A stretch of DNA of 52,204 bases from NCBI GenBank assembly GCA_038869535.1, contig JAWCQY010000001.1:1-52204 (forward strand), given 5' to 3'. The position numbers and the translations under genes are program-made. Source of the stretch: Candidatus Pacearchaeota archaeon (lineage in GTDB: Archaea > Nanobdellota > Nanobdellia > Pacearchaeales > GW2011-AR1). Of this stretch, positions 18,101-26,847 are shown in pieces (position 1 is the first letter of the stretch; each line of letters starts with the position of its first letter). Below the pieces are notes generated by a model that searched no databases, was not told where the DNA came from, and saw nothing but the letters and a program-made list of their open reading frames with translations.

Positions 18101-21100
18101 TTATCACTTCTTAATTCTGTCATAATAACAAAGCTGTTAGGTCTAGTTGCTGATTGGAATACCATAATTGGATCATGAAGTTCTACAGGCAAATCTTTTA
18201 ATTGCTCATAAGTTATTTGATGTTTGTGAATTACTTTTGCAATTGTCTCCGGTGTTATAATAACTGGCAGTTGTTCAGCTCCAAGTTTAACTAATATTTC
18301 TGGTGTTGTAGTTACTTTTGCAGGTTTTGTTAGTTTGCCATTTTTGAAATCTTCTAAGCTTTTCTCAAAATCTGTTTGTGATTTTGCCAATTCATTATAA
18401 AACTCATTATCCGAAACTTTTTCATTGCTCTTCCTTAATTTCCCGGTTGCAAGATCATAAAAATATCCTGCTTCAGTCTTAAATCCTATTTTATTCAAAA
18501 ATGACGCAATCTTAGCCCATAATTCACGCAAAAGCTGAAATAATTTTTCTAATCTTGTTTTTGGTTCCGCAGGATTTTCTTCCTGCCTTTTTCTCCATTC
18601 TATATACTTTTTAGCAAGATTTTCATGAGCATTTCTTAAACTCTCATTATTCTTTACATCCCATATTTCTCCTTTACCATCCCAGCCGTTTTCTCTTAAA
18701 AGATTTCTTGCAAGATAAGGTCTTGCCAGCGTTACTATAGAAGCATGAAAGCTTTCTTCCCATGCTGTTGTCAGATCTGCTTTTTCTGGATCAAACAAAA
18801 TTGCTTTTTCTAATAAATCTGTTAAACCTTTTGCCTGCTCTTTGGTCAAATCTTTTTGACCTATTAACCATTCTTTATCAATTCCCTTAACAAGTTCATC
18901 TAAAAATTTCCTCCTCTGCCCTTCGCTCATCTTGCTGTATACAGTTCTTAAATCATTCTTTCTGCTTTGTTTTAATTTTATTTCTCTGTCATAATCATTT
19001 AAGTTTTGGAATTTTTCTCTCGAAGGCTGTGTTGCTGACTGCTGAAATAAATTTCCCTGTTCAGCTTCGAATATATTTAATTGATTGTTTTGTTCTCTTA
19101 ATTTCTTTAATTGAATTTCTACTTTCTTAAGTTCTTCTTCTGCTTTTATTTTTTCATTCTTGCTGCTTTTATCTGATTCTATTATATATTGAAGATGTCT
19201 TCTGCGGTCCTGAAGTTCTTGCAGCGGTGTCCGTTCTAATTCCCAGAGTTGAAATAATTCTTCTCTTTCACCTTGATAATCTTTTGATTTTCGTATTTCA
19301 TCTATTTTACTTTTGCTTTTTCCATAAATAAAATAATTTTCAATATCAGAAATTATTTCATCCGTTTTTGTTCCTTTATCATATTCTCTATAAAAATCTT
19401 CACCTATTCCCAATGTTATATAGCCATCTTTTATATCAGCGATTTTTTTTATGATTTTCATTTGCTGCACTGTGGGCATTCGAGTAAAATAAAATGCATC
19501 AGCCTCTGGCATGAATCTGATTGCACCCTTATCAATAAAATCTTCAATGCTTGTGTTAAGTCTTCTTATTTCTGTATGATCAAGATATCGTTTGTCTTCC
19601 CCTCCGCTGAAGTCAAGCATTGAACCATCTGGCAGTATATATCCTGCCTTTCGAATATTCTGAGTTGTTCCAAATTCTTCCTTCGCTGCATTAAATATAT
19701 TTTTTGATGTATGTTCTTGCTTTAAGATTTGCTTATTTTCTTTTTCAATAGATGAGCTCTGTTGTGATAGGTTCTCTCGCTTTTCTTTCCTTTCAATTTC
19801 TCTTCTATAATCTGATATAAAATTATTATCTTTTTCTCTTTTTCTGACTGCTTCATTTAATTTACTTCTTAAGTAAATATAACTCGTTATTAATTCAGGT
19901 TTTTCTTTTAATGCTCTCTTAATATAGTTATCATAACTTTCATATCTTCCCTGTTTTACAAATTCTTTTAAGAATGATATAAGTGCTCTTTTTACTTCCT
20001 CATCTTGAGTTTTTCTTATCCATCTATTCCTTATTAAATTATCTAATATTTCTTCTCTTAAAGGAAGTTCATTGTCAAAACTATTATATGCCCTTAATAA
20101 AGAAATCTCAATTTCATTCTTTGGATTATCATTATATTCAATATATCTTTGAAAAAGTATCTGACCTGATTTATTTATTTCTTTTCTGAGCTCCTCCGTG
20201 CTAATTCTTCCAGCAGTTTCCGCCTTGCTTTCAAGATCCTCAGCAAGTTTTTCAAGTTCCTCCGGATCTCCGCTGGCGACAATTTGTGATCCGCTTTCTT
20301 CATTAAAACCTCCTTCCTTTAATTCTTGATTGAGCTGCTCAAATATATCAAACTGTGAATTTACAATCTCATTAATATTGCTCTCAAGTTTTTTAATTTC
20401 TTCAATATTTGAAATAATTTCTTTCTGAAATATTTTCTTTTGTTCTTCTGGTGCTCCTAAAGAAAGTTTTTTTAATTCTCTATTCCTTGCTTTCAGTAAA
20501 TCAATTTTTAACTGTATGTCTCTTGTATCGCTTCTTGCTCTTGCCCCTGCATTCTCTAATTTATCAAGCGCAAGCTTTTGATATTTATTAAAAGTTACAT
20601 CTGTTACTCTGTCTTCAACCTTATCAAATAATTCTTCTTTTTTAATAAATGAATGACTTAATCTGTCTCTATAGAAGTAGTCAAATAATTCTTGCTCGTG
20701 TCCATCTGTAAGCTGCGGATACATTTTTCTTAATTCACCAACCCATGATGCATTGCGTTCAAGATAAGGATATGTTTTAGCAGATTCCGAATTTAATGCA
20801 CTTAAAAATTGTCCATTTTCATCAAGATGAGAATAATTTTCAAGCGTTTTAATCTTGGATTCTTTTTTAAATAACTCCAATAATTTTTGTTTGCTGTATC
20901 CTTCTGATTTTGCCTTTTTATATGCACGGATATCTGCTAATATATCTTCCTGTGTTGCTTTTCTGTTGCTTTCTATTATTGCATAATTAATTGCCTCTCT
21001 TTCAGTTCCTTCAAAAAATTTTGCAGGAATAGTTTTAGCTCCTCTTCGTTTCATTCCTTCGAGTCTTGAATGTCCGGCTAATACATAAATGTTATTATCC

Positions 21101-23577
21101 TTTGGGTCTTTCCATACAATTATAGGATCAAATGCGGCTGGATTATAATTTTTTTCAATTGATGATGCTGTCTCTTCACTAAATGATGTTGCTCTATTCT
21201 GAAATCTTCCCTCATCTGTTTTTATGTCTTTAATTGGTATTTCTTTAATTTCTGCAATCTTTGTTTCAGTGGGAATCTCTTCCTTCGGATAAGGAATATC
21301 CTGTTTTTGTATTTCCTTTTCTAAAGGAATTTCTAAGGAAGAAGATTTCGGTTGAATATGTTCTTGTTTTTTCCAGCTGCTTATAAATTTTCCTTCTTTA
21401 TAATCTCCAATATCTATTTCATCATTAATTGCAGCTTGAGTTATATAATCTTCTGCAAGATTTTCTGCTTCTTTTTCTTCAATACCTTGTTTCTTAAAAT
21501 CATCAGCTAAGTATCTAAAAGCCATAGCCATAGGATCTTTGTGTGTCCCCTCTCCCATTACAAATATTTTTTCTTCACCTTTCGGTAATTTTATTTTTAT
21601 TGCTCTGCCTCTATTTGCCCCTATAACTTCCGGCTGCTTTGTTAGTGCTGATTTTTGTTCTGCAAGTCCATATAAATCTGAATCTATATCTGCATTTAAC
21701 AAATCAGCTGCTAATGTCCGCCTGCTGAAATCTTCCAGCAGTAGTCCTTTTTCAAGTTCTTTATCTTCTGCTGATGAAATTCTTGCTTTATTATTAGGCA
21801 ACTTTAAATATTCATTAAATTCAGTTTCAAAATTCTTTCCTAATTTATCTTTTGCTTCTTTAATTACTTCTGCAGTTGGTTTTTTCGTCAGGATTTCTTT
21901 TGCTTTTTGTACATTCTCTCTTTCACTTCCTGTGGGAATCCATTCCTTAGTTTGTTGTATACCCTTTCTGCTAATCCCTTCTTTTAATTTATTAACCTCT
22001 TGTTCTAATAACTCAGGATAATTTTTTTGCAGCTGCAATTCTTCCAGTGTAAATTCTTTTTCACCTTCTGCTATCTTATCAGCTAATGCTTTAATTTGCT
22101 TTTGTTCACTCGATTCTAATAATCCTTGTATTCCTTTTTTCATTGGTTCCGTTGTTTCTATCTTATCTCGTTTTTCACCAAAGAAAATTTCCCCTGCTGT
22201 AGGTGCAAGCTGTTCTAATTTCTTTTCTATTATTTCTTTCTCTTCCTGTGTTCTTCCTTTTGTGTATTTTGCTGCTTCAATTACTTTCTCGGCAGTTTTA
22301 GATTGAGGAATTCTCTCTGATGGTATTATTGGTTTTGCTTGGATTGGTATGCCTAAGCTTAGATTCTCAAATGCTTCGTTTATTTCTTTGTTTAATTTTT
22401 TCTCTAAGTTTTTATCAAGCTTAACTTTCCCGGCTTTAATTCCAATTACAGTCCCAAAGAATAATCCATTGCTTATTAATTCCTTTGCTATCTCTCTGTC
22501 CTGAGGTTTTAATTTATCAAATGCCCCTGCTTCTTCAAGTTTTTTAATTCCTTCTTCAGATAATAATGAACCTATCCCTACAGCTGGACCAAAAGCGAAT
22601 GGCAGTATTTTATTTGTAATTTCTTCTCCTTTTCTTTTATCGTAACCAAGATTTTCGGCAATTTCACCGCCAATTTCAGCTGCGAGTGGTTGTATAGCTG
22701 TATATGCTGCAACTGCAGGTATTGATTGTAACATACCTTTTAATGCACCTGCGGCCTGCTGTGCCGTACCTCTTGCTGTAGTCTCTAATCCTGCAGATAA
22801 TGGACTTATTTTGTCAAACTTAGATTTAACATTGAATCCCTGTAAACGATATAAATCTGCAATTTCTTTATTTGACGTACTTGTTATTTCATTCCCTTTT
22901 TCATCATATATTGTATAAACATTTTTTAATTCATCCTGCCCGGTTATATATCGAATCCCCTTTCTTACATTTTCTCTTCCTTTACCTATTAATTCAAGTG
23001 CATCAGCTAAATTTTCAGGAATATTTTTTATCCCTTCACCTATCTTTGATAAATATTCGAGTGCATTAACTTTTCTTGATCTTGGTGCTTCAACTGCAAT
23101 TCCGCCAACCTGAGTAAGTATGGAAGGGTGAATTTGTGCAGGTGTAAATCTTCTTCCTTTTGATGCTTCAAGTATTTTATTGATATCTTCCTTTGTTTTG
23201 ATGTCAATTGGAGTATTATGGGAATCCATTCCTTCGGAATAAGTTTGTGCAAAATTATTTTCTTTTTTTTGCTGATAATCTCTCTCTGAATTTAAGCCAG
23301 ATACTTTTGCTTTCTCAACATTATATATTGAATCTTTTTGCTCATCTGTTAAATCAGTTCTTAACCAGAAATCTGCATTGAAAGGATCATTTAGGGAATT
23401 ATATATTTCTTCTTTTCTTAATGGGGCTTGAGTCCTTTTTTTAAGTACTGATTCTACATAATCAATACGTTTTCCGACATCAATTAATTTTTGTAAGCCT
23501 CTGCCGATGGATCTTTCATTTACATCAGTTGAACTTCCCTCTATATCTATATTGATTAATTTTTCTAATCCTGTCAT
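15109..23577 (-). CDS. giant (2822 aa) polyvalent virion/ejection protein with ParB/Srx-like nuclease domain
   Basis: Single uninterrupted ORF with an ATGA overlap to the upstream gene, last gene of the late block. Gly-zipper hydrophobic region at aa 258-385 and a ParB-like domain at aa 778-880 (VLAGHSRLEG). Carries at least 3 repeat copies. Confidence 0.7.
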   Translation of the reverse strand: MTGLEKLINIDIEGSSTDVNERSIGRGLQKLIDVGKRIDYVESVLKKRTQAPLRKEEIYNSLNDPFNADFWLRTDLTDEQKDSIYNVEKAKVSGLNSERDYQQKKENNFAQTYSEGMDSHNTPIDIKTKEDINKILEASKGRRFTPAQIHPSILTQVGGIAVEAPRSRKVNALEYLSKIGEGIKNIPENLADALELIGKGRENVRKGIRYITGQDELKNVYTIYDEKGNEITSTSNKEIADLYRLQGFNVKSKFDKISPLSAGLETTARGTAQQAAGALKGMLQSIPAVAAYTAIQPLAAEIGGEIAENLGYDKRKGEEITNKILPFAFGPAVGIGSLLSEEGIKKLEEAGAFDKLKPQDREIAKELISNGLFFGTVIGIKAGKVKLDKNLEKKLNKEINEAFENLSLGIPIQAKPIIPSERIPQSKTAEKVIEAAKYTKGRTQEEKEIIEKKLEQLAPTAGEIFFGEKRDKIETTEPMKKGIQGLLESSEQKQIKALADKIAEGEKEFTLEELQLQKNYPELLEQEVNKLKEGISRKGIQQTKEWIPTGSERENVQKAKEILTKKPTAEVIKEAKDKLGKNFETEFNEYLKLPNNKARISSAEDKELEKGLLLEDFSRRTLAADLLNADIDSDLYGLAEQKSALTKQPEVIGANRGRAIKIKLPKGEEKIFVMGEGTHKDPMAMAFRYLADDFKKQGIEEKEAENLAEDYITQAAINDEIDIGDYKEGKFISSWKKQEHIQPKSSSLEIPLEKEIQKQDIPYPKEEIPTETKIAEIKEIPIKDIKTDEGRFQNRATSFSEETASSIEKNYNPAAFDPIIVWKDPKDNNIYVLAGHSRLEGMKRRGAKTIPAKFFEGTEREAINYAIIESNRKATQEDILADIRAYKKAKSEGYSKQKLLELFKKESKIKTLENYSHLDENGQFLSALNSESAKTYPYLERNASWVGELRKMYPQLTDGHEQELFDYFYRDRLSHSFIKKEELFDKVEDRVTDVTFNKYQKLALDKLENAGARARSDTRDIQLKIDLLKARNRELKKLSLGAPEEQKKIFQKEIISNIEEIKKLESNINEIVNSQFDIFEQLNQELKEGGFNEESGSQIVASGDPEELEKLAEDLESKAETAGRISTEELRKEINKSGQILFQRYIEYNDNPKNEIEISLLRAYNSFDNELPLREEILDNLIRNRWIRKTQDEEVKRALISFLKEFVKQGRYESYDNYIKRALKEKPELITSYIYLRSKLNEAVRKREKDNNFISDYRREIERKEKRENLSQQSSSIEKENKQILKQEHTSKNIFNAAKEEFGTTQNIRKAGYILPDGSMLDFSGGEDKRYLDHTEIRRLNTSIEDFIDKGAIRFMPEADAFYFTRMPTVQQMKIIKKIADIKDGYITLGIGEDFYREYDKGTKTDEIISDIENYFIYGKSKSKIDEIRKSKDYQGEREELFQLWELERTPLQELQDRRRHLQYIIESDKSSKNEKIKAEEELKKVEIQLKKLREQNNQLNIFEAEQGNLFQQSATQPSREKFQNLNDYDREIKLKQSRKNDLRTVYSKMSEGQRRKFLDELVKGIDKEWLIGQKDLTKEQAKGLTDLLEKAILFDPEKADLTTAWEESFHASIVTLARPYLARNLLRENGWDGKGEIWDVKNNESLRNAHENLAKKYIEWRKRQEENPAEPKTRLEKLFQLLRELWAKIASFLNKIGFKTEAGYFYDLATGKLRKSNEKVSDNEFYNELAKSQTDFEKSLEDFKNGKLTKPAKVTTTPEILVKLGAEQLPVIITPETIAKVIHKHQITYEQLKDLPVELHDPIMVFQSATRPNSFVIMTELRSDKGNIVAAIHLSKREQQHFVNKIASVYIKERDKTFIEWIDKGLLRYYNKNKSQIWLRSAGLRLPMEVTKSGSTKILTEDDLINNKLMQKISEIQEELYPKDLKYYMDRIATIKNIYELKNWRKKHEAEIEELPAWERDDIINAWNEQHRLFTGERGGWEAEKVNRKYESKYEGTKEEFKKYLPQASELFDEGYRRYADFSKKIRERAGDISPDDILKLFRETYKAKLREYRKSKEEEGTIVEPKADLTDKKTEELKNEIKKILINKNMPKKLQEEILRTAEEIINNPKNRLGKYSKIRALTEFGEKIKLMTLKYGAAGAELAQRIAHGTKNRMDIIERYYEIINKIEDVYDKIKSESGEQEIKRIEAKIIKALEDRDNVKEILKSDIEKELYELYLKIYGGKDIPFGFYNEIKKAGYKVRSDYFPHIIRDSFIIDEIISNPADVMEINTKGLNNFISANSRYLNPREFDIKDIRRDLLGITKNYIFSVSKALAYKDAVNYYYTDFKNDIPPLLKKQSMRTAIQYMRSVLDPEIPSRNLFMRMLRGMRNAEYTNFLSFSLKNAVQNYTQKDFAKLYMTPEAVRITNKIFYKYKQATGNLLNAIYEASHETPRYLELSMEDIKRSRLLRINEKIRKVEPFQLAELSNWKYAELGGIIDYVIKQPEYKRLRNKGLSEIEAINKVLENRDTFDTAVRNGMDLASQTQISPSAAYRPSLFDKELIRFFLMFKRFPIATLEHISQTIFTSMKGAEGLRAQRILRRGLSENVKPVEMLRAAELYRKAAELMIKNYKNYEEEFGISDLKEYHYWLKKQEESLNKTIEKLEPMRNKSQIIYHWSKYWAKAALISSAFSFIYDLTDAMFYNLIHGEEEKDRLMELLAGENLTEKEKERLINKLIAKTLFDISPLPFYALNPQNFAASPLLPKVEIFPYGDYFNWNKRGITRSLTSYGLNVVPVLGLVDRVTGRAISKKITDWIVPEEEKEKTKIMIPKINIERASAGR
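17892..17952. repeat. long GC-containing hairpin inside the giant ORF
   Basis: AGCCGGATTTGGTTAC (17892-17907) pairs with GTAACCAAATCTGGCT (17937-17952): 16 bp with one mismatch. The 29-nt loop is GC-rich. Confidence 0.6.
20938..21246 (-). other. ParB/sulfiredoxin-like nuclease domain of the giant protein
   Basis: IPIKDIKTDEGRFQNR...DPIIVWKDPKDNNIYVLAGHSRLEGMKRRG. Confidence 0.65.
21271..21289 (+). repeat. palindromic element core, degenerate
   Basis: GGGAATCTCTTCCTTCGGA in the giant ORF (KEEIPT). Confidence 0.45.
21934..21948 (+). repeat. palindromic element core, 15-nt partial
   Basis: GGGAATCCATTCCTT in the giant ORF (KEWIPT). Confidence 0.6.
22423..22806 (-). other. Gly/Ala-rich hydrophobic (glycine-zipper-like) region of the giant protein
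   Basis: PLSAGLETTARGTAQQAAGALKGMLQSIPAVAAYTAIQPLAAEIGG...LPFAFGPAVGIGSLL...GLFFGTVIGIKAG. Confidence 0.5.
23220..23239 (+). repeat. palindromic element core, exact 20-mer
   Basis: GGGAATCCATTCCTTCGGAA. Encodes SEGMDSH in the giant ORF. Confidence 0.95.
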
Positions 23578-24686
23578 CTTATCCCTTGATAAATTACATT
23601 ATAGTACGGCAAAAATTCAGCAATTTCTCCAGCTGCATCATCTGGAAGTTTACCCTCTTTTGCATGTTTTATTGCTTCATTTTTCAATTCTTGCGGCGAT
23701 AATCTTCTGCCATATAATTTTTCCATATTTTTTATAAATTCATAACTTCTTGATCCTAATGTTTGCAGCATTATATTTTGTAATGCATTCTCTTTTTGAT
23801 ATTTCCTGTCTTCTTCGCTTATTTTCATTGGCTTACCGGCTGGGTCAATTATATATTTCCCCGTATTATCATCTCTTACAAAATTTCCTTTCTTATCTGT
23901 CTTAAATTTCAATACATTGCCAAATTCATCTGTTACATATTCCTTGGGATGTAATATATCTGCAATTAATTTTGAAGTTGATTGAGAAAGTTGTTTGGAT
24001 TGTTTTTCCTTTGGTTCAAACTGCCATTCTTTAGCTGGCGCTTTTAAATTTGTTTTTTCAAATTTCTTCTTGTCAAAATCCCATTGATATAAGTATCCAT
24101 CTGCTCCAACTTTTACAAATGGATTTTTTTCTGTTTCAAATTTTTCTCCTTCTGCTACCTTAATTGGCAAATTTCCCGGATATTGTATAAATCTTGATTC
24201 GCCTCTCCCAAGTTCGAATGATTCTGGCTGCTTTGGTTTTAGCTCTTCTGCTTCTTTTGCTAATAAATTAGAAAGTATATTTACTTTATTTATTCTATTT
24301 GTATCCAGATCTTCTTTCAAAATATACGGCAGCATGGATTCCTGAAATTCATTGAAAACATTTTTTGCTTTACTATATCTCTCACTGCTTGGTATATTTA
24401 TTTTTTGCCCTTCTATTTTAATTTGAGTTTCTTTTGGAATTATATCCCCAAGTATATAATCCCCAATTTCATCCTCGCTTTTACCGGGATTGTAAGTTAT
24501 GTCATTTACATCAAATCCTTCTGAAATTTGCCTTTGTCTTTCTTTTGCCCTATTATAAATATTCAAAAGATTATTATAGAATTCATTCTCTTCTTTCTTT
24601 TTTCTCTGCTCTTCTAAAAACTTGCCAAGCTGATTGAGTCCTAAGTCATAATTTAATCTTGCTAATGCTTTACCAAGTGCCGGCAT
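23574..24686 (-). CDS. hypothetical virion-associated protein
   Basis: 370 aa, ATG with AGGAG RBS. 4-nt overlap with the giant ORF. Confidence 0.6.
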   Translation of the reverse strand: MPALGKALARLNYDLGLNQLGKFLEEQRKKKEENEFYNNLLNIYNRAKERQRQISEGFDVNDITYNPGKSEDEIGDYILGDIIPKETQIKIEGQKINIPSSERYSKAKNVFNEFQESMLPYILKEDLDTNRINKVNILSNLLAKEAEELKPKQPESFELGRGESRFIQYPGNLPIKVAEGEKFETEKNPFVKVGADGYLYQWDFDKKKFEKTNLKAPAKEWQFEPKEKQSKQLSQSTSKLIADILHPKEYVTDEFGNVLKFKTDKKGNFVRDDNTGKYIIDPAGKPMKISEEDRKYQKENALQNIMLQTLGSRSYEFIKNMEKLYGRRLSPQELKNEAIKHAKEGKLPDDAAGEIAEFLPYYNVIYQGIR

Positions 24687-24687
24687 T

Positions 24688-25296
24688 TTAAACTCCTAAT
24701 ACTTTTAATAATGATGCTATTCCTTCTGCATTCTGTGTTCCTGTTTTTACTAATCCTAAAACATCATCTAACCAGGTTGTATCATCTAATACATCAAGCA
24801 GATTTTGTTGATATCCATACCCTGTGCTTAAACCCCCAAGCTTGTTTCTGATATTTGCCATATCAATATTTGATGCAAGCTGCGTCTGTGTGAGTTTATT
24901 TTGATTAATATACTTCATTAAATCTGCTAAAGATGATGCTTTGCTCACTCCTAATTGTCCTAATACATTATATTTATTTTTATTTATATCCGATGCAATA
25001 CTATTCTGTATATCTGTTAATATAGAACCGCCTGTAATACCTCTCGATGCTAAAGATGATATAGCATTTCTCTGCTGCTTTGCTATATCTTCATTTATAT
25101 CTCTTTTAATTATTTCTTCCTGTCCAGAATATATATCATTAAGCTTTTGAGTTATATCATAATAACCAAACGGTTCAACGTAATTATTAAATCGATTCAG
25201 TACATTGTACCTGTCGGATTTAATGTCACCAACAAAATTTTTTAAATCACCAAGCTGTCTTTGTGCTTCTGCTTCTCGTGTTGAAGTTCCTGCCAT
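24688..25296 (-). CDS. hypothetical virion-associated protein
   Basis: The ORF track starts at a TTG (25344). An ATG at 25296 has a perfect AGGGAGGAAAAAATG RBS, so it is preferred (MAGTSTREAEAQ...). Confidence 0.55.
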   Translation of the reverse strand: MAGTSTREAEAQRQLGDLKNFVGDIKSDRYNVLNRFNNYVEPFGYYDITQKLNDIYSGQEEIIKRDINEDIAKQQRNAISSLASRGITGGSILTDIQNSIASDINKNKYNVLGQLGVSKASSLADLMKYINQNKLTQTQLASNIDMANIRNKLGGLSTGYGYQQNLLDVLDDTTWLDDVLGLVKTGTQNAEGIASLLKVLGV

Positions 25297-25327
25297 TTTT
25301 TCCTCCCTGCTTGTCTTAGGTGTTAAT

Positions 25328-25792
25328 TCATTCCTTTGGAACAAGCCAATAATTTTTTTCTAAAATTTTATGATTTTCAAAACATTCATAAAATCCTGCT
25401 TTCTTGAAAATCTTTGCATTTTTTTCATTCGCAAAACATCTTATAATTTTTATTCCTTTTTCTTTAATATAATTTTCAATGTAATCCCAGAGTTTTTTCC
25501 CAATTATTGCATTCTCGGAAATGAATGGTTCTATCATCAACACAAATCTTAAATTTGCAATTGCTTTTATTTGACCATTATTATCCTCTGCAATAATCAA
25601 TTTGCCTTCTTTCGGAAATGTTATATTATATTTTTTCTCAAATTCATTTATTTTATTACTGTCATTTTCTAATATTGGGTATCCTCCTTCCGAAGGAATG
25701 TCCAAAAGGACTCCTTTGGAGGATTCCCAAAAGGAGTCTTTTGGGACATCCATTTGGGAATAATCACGAATTTTCATAATTGTAAATCCCAT
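25328..25792 (-). CDS. GNAT-family N-acetyltransferase with repeat-derived N-terminal segment
   Basis: 154 aa. ...ENAIIGKKLWDYIENYIKEKGIKIIRCFANEKNAKIFKKAGFYE fits the GNAT motif A region. Residues about 11-38 are encoded by mosaic repeat 25677-25760. Confidence 0.6.
   Translation of the reverse strand: MGFTIMKIRDYSQMDVPKDSFWESSKGVLLDIPSEGGYPILENDSNKINEFEKKYNITFPKEGKLIIAEDNNGQIKAIANLRFVLMIEPFISENAIIGKKLWDYIENYIKEKGIKIIRCFANEKNAKIFKKAGFYECFENHKILEKNYWLVPKE
25677..25760. repeat. palindromic element, 84-nt rearranged mosaic copy
   Basis: GGGTATCCTCCTTCCGAAGGAATGTCCAAAAGGACTCCTTTGGAGGATTCCCAAAAGGAGTCTTTTGGGACATCCATTTGGGAA. 28 codons of the GNAT ORF. Confidence 0.85.
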
Positions 25793-25824
25793 TTCGCATT
25801 CAATATATTCTCAATTTCTTTATT

Positions 25825-26847
25825 TTACATAGAACCCAACTCTAATATTATTCTATGAGTCTCTCTGCCATCATGAACAGCTCCAGCTTTCAAATAATAT
25901 TTATTGTTTATCAATGATATAGTCCCATAGTTACCAGCAACAGCATTTGGATTAACAAGATATAAACCTTCTATTTCATCGCTAACTGCTTTAACATTAG
26001 CACCATCTGTAATACCAATTCTTAATTTTGAAGTTATTGCATATTGATTACCACCCCAGGTTAATAATGCTGTTGGTAACGAGCCTGCAGATGTCAGTGG
26101 AGATAAACCTGATGGCGGCGATGCACCAGTCTGTGCCGACCCAAAATTACCAAATCCTTCATAAAAACTATGATATGGGTTTGCTGTTAATGCTGCAACG
26201 GCTCTAAAATTTAATCCTTCTGTTATAGAACCAATGTTAGTTTTGTATCCAGCATACGATGGATTTACTATTAAACCAGAACCATAATAATCACCATTAC
26301 TTTTTCTGATACCCATAATTAGGTTAGCATTACTGCTTTTCCATAATAATAATTTAGGAGCAAGAGACATATCTGTGAAAGTAGAACTGATTGTCTCAAT
26401 CCCATAAGCAAATTGATTAGTATTTGAAGAACTGCCACTTGTCAGTATAATAGGAGTGGTTTTTGTCCCGCCCTCAATTTTAAAACTAACATTGACCTCA
26501 AATAGAGAGTTATAACTTGCAACAGATGCGGTTTTAAAAGCAAAGATTAACACAGACTTTGGATTTTGCGAGAGACCGGGGTCGTTGGCTAAATAAAAAT
26601 TAATCGTATCATTAGCAGTTGAACGACTCTGAGCTGGTTCACTTGTTAATACACCAACTTCATTTTGCAAAAATGTTGGCGTGGGGTCAGAATTGGTTAT
26701 TAATTTAACATTAGAATCAAAATTCCTTAATAAATCAAATATTTTCCACATTAACCATGACCTTCCCACAGTTCCTGATATCCCAGCAACTGGATCCACG
26801 CAACTTAATTGATTAGATATGTCAGATAAATTGTGACTGATTGCCAT
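25825..26847 (-). CDS. tail-associated protein (hypothetical)
   Basis: 340 aa, Ser/Thr/Asn/Gly-rich. TAATG junction with the upstream tail gene. Confidence 0.5.
   Translation of the reverse strand: MAISHNLSDISNQLSCVDPVAGISGTVGRSWLMWKIFDLLRNFDSNVKLITNSDPTPTFLQNEVGVLTSEPAQSRSTANDTINFYLANDPGLSQNPKSVLIFAFKTASVASYNSLFEVNVSFKIEGGTKTTPIILTSGSSSNTNQFAYGIETISSTFTDMSLAPKLLLWKSSNANLIMGIRKSNGDYYGSGLIVNPSYAGYKTNIGSITEGLNFRAVAALTANPYHSFYEGFGNFGSAQTGASPPSGLSPLTSAGSLPTALLTWGGNQYAITSKLRIGITDGANVKAVSDEIEGLYLVNPNAVAGNYGTISLINNKYYLKAGAVHDGRETHRIILELGSM

Noticed and set aside
15109-23577. The giant ORF as an N4/crAss-type virion RNA polymerase or as a tape measure protein
   Set aside because: I found no DxDGD-type or other RNAP catalytic motif. 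No tail tube, chaperone or frameshift genes precede it as they would a tape measure. The ParB domain and modular layout fit a polyvalent ejection protein better.
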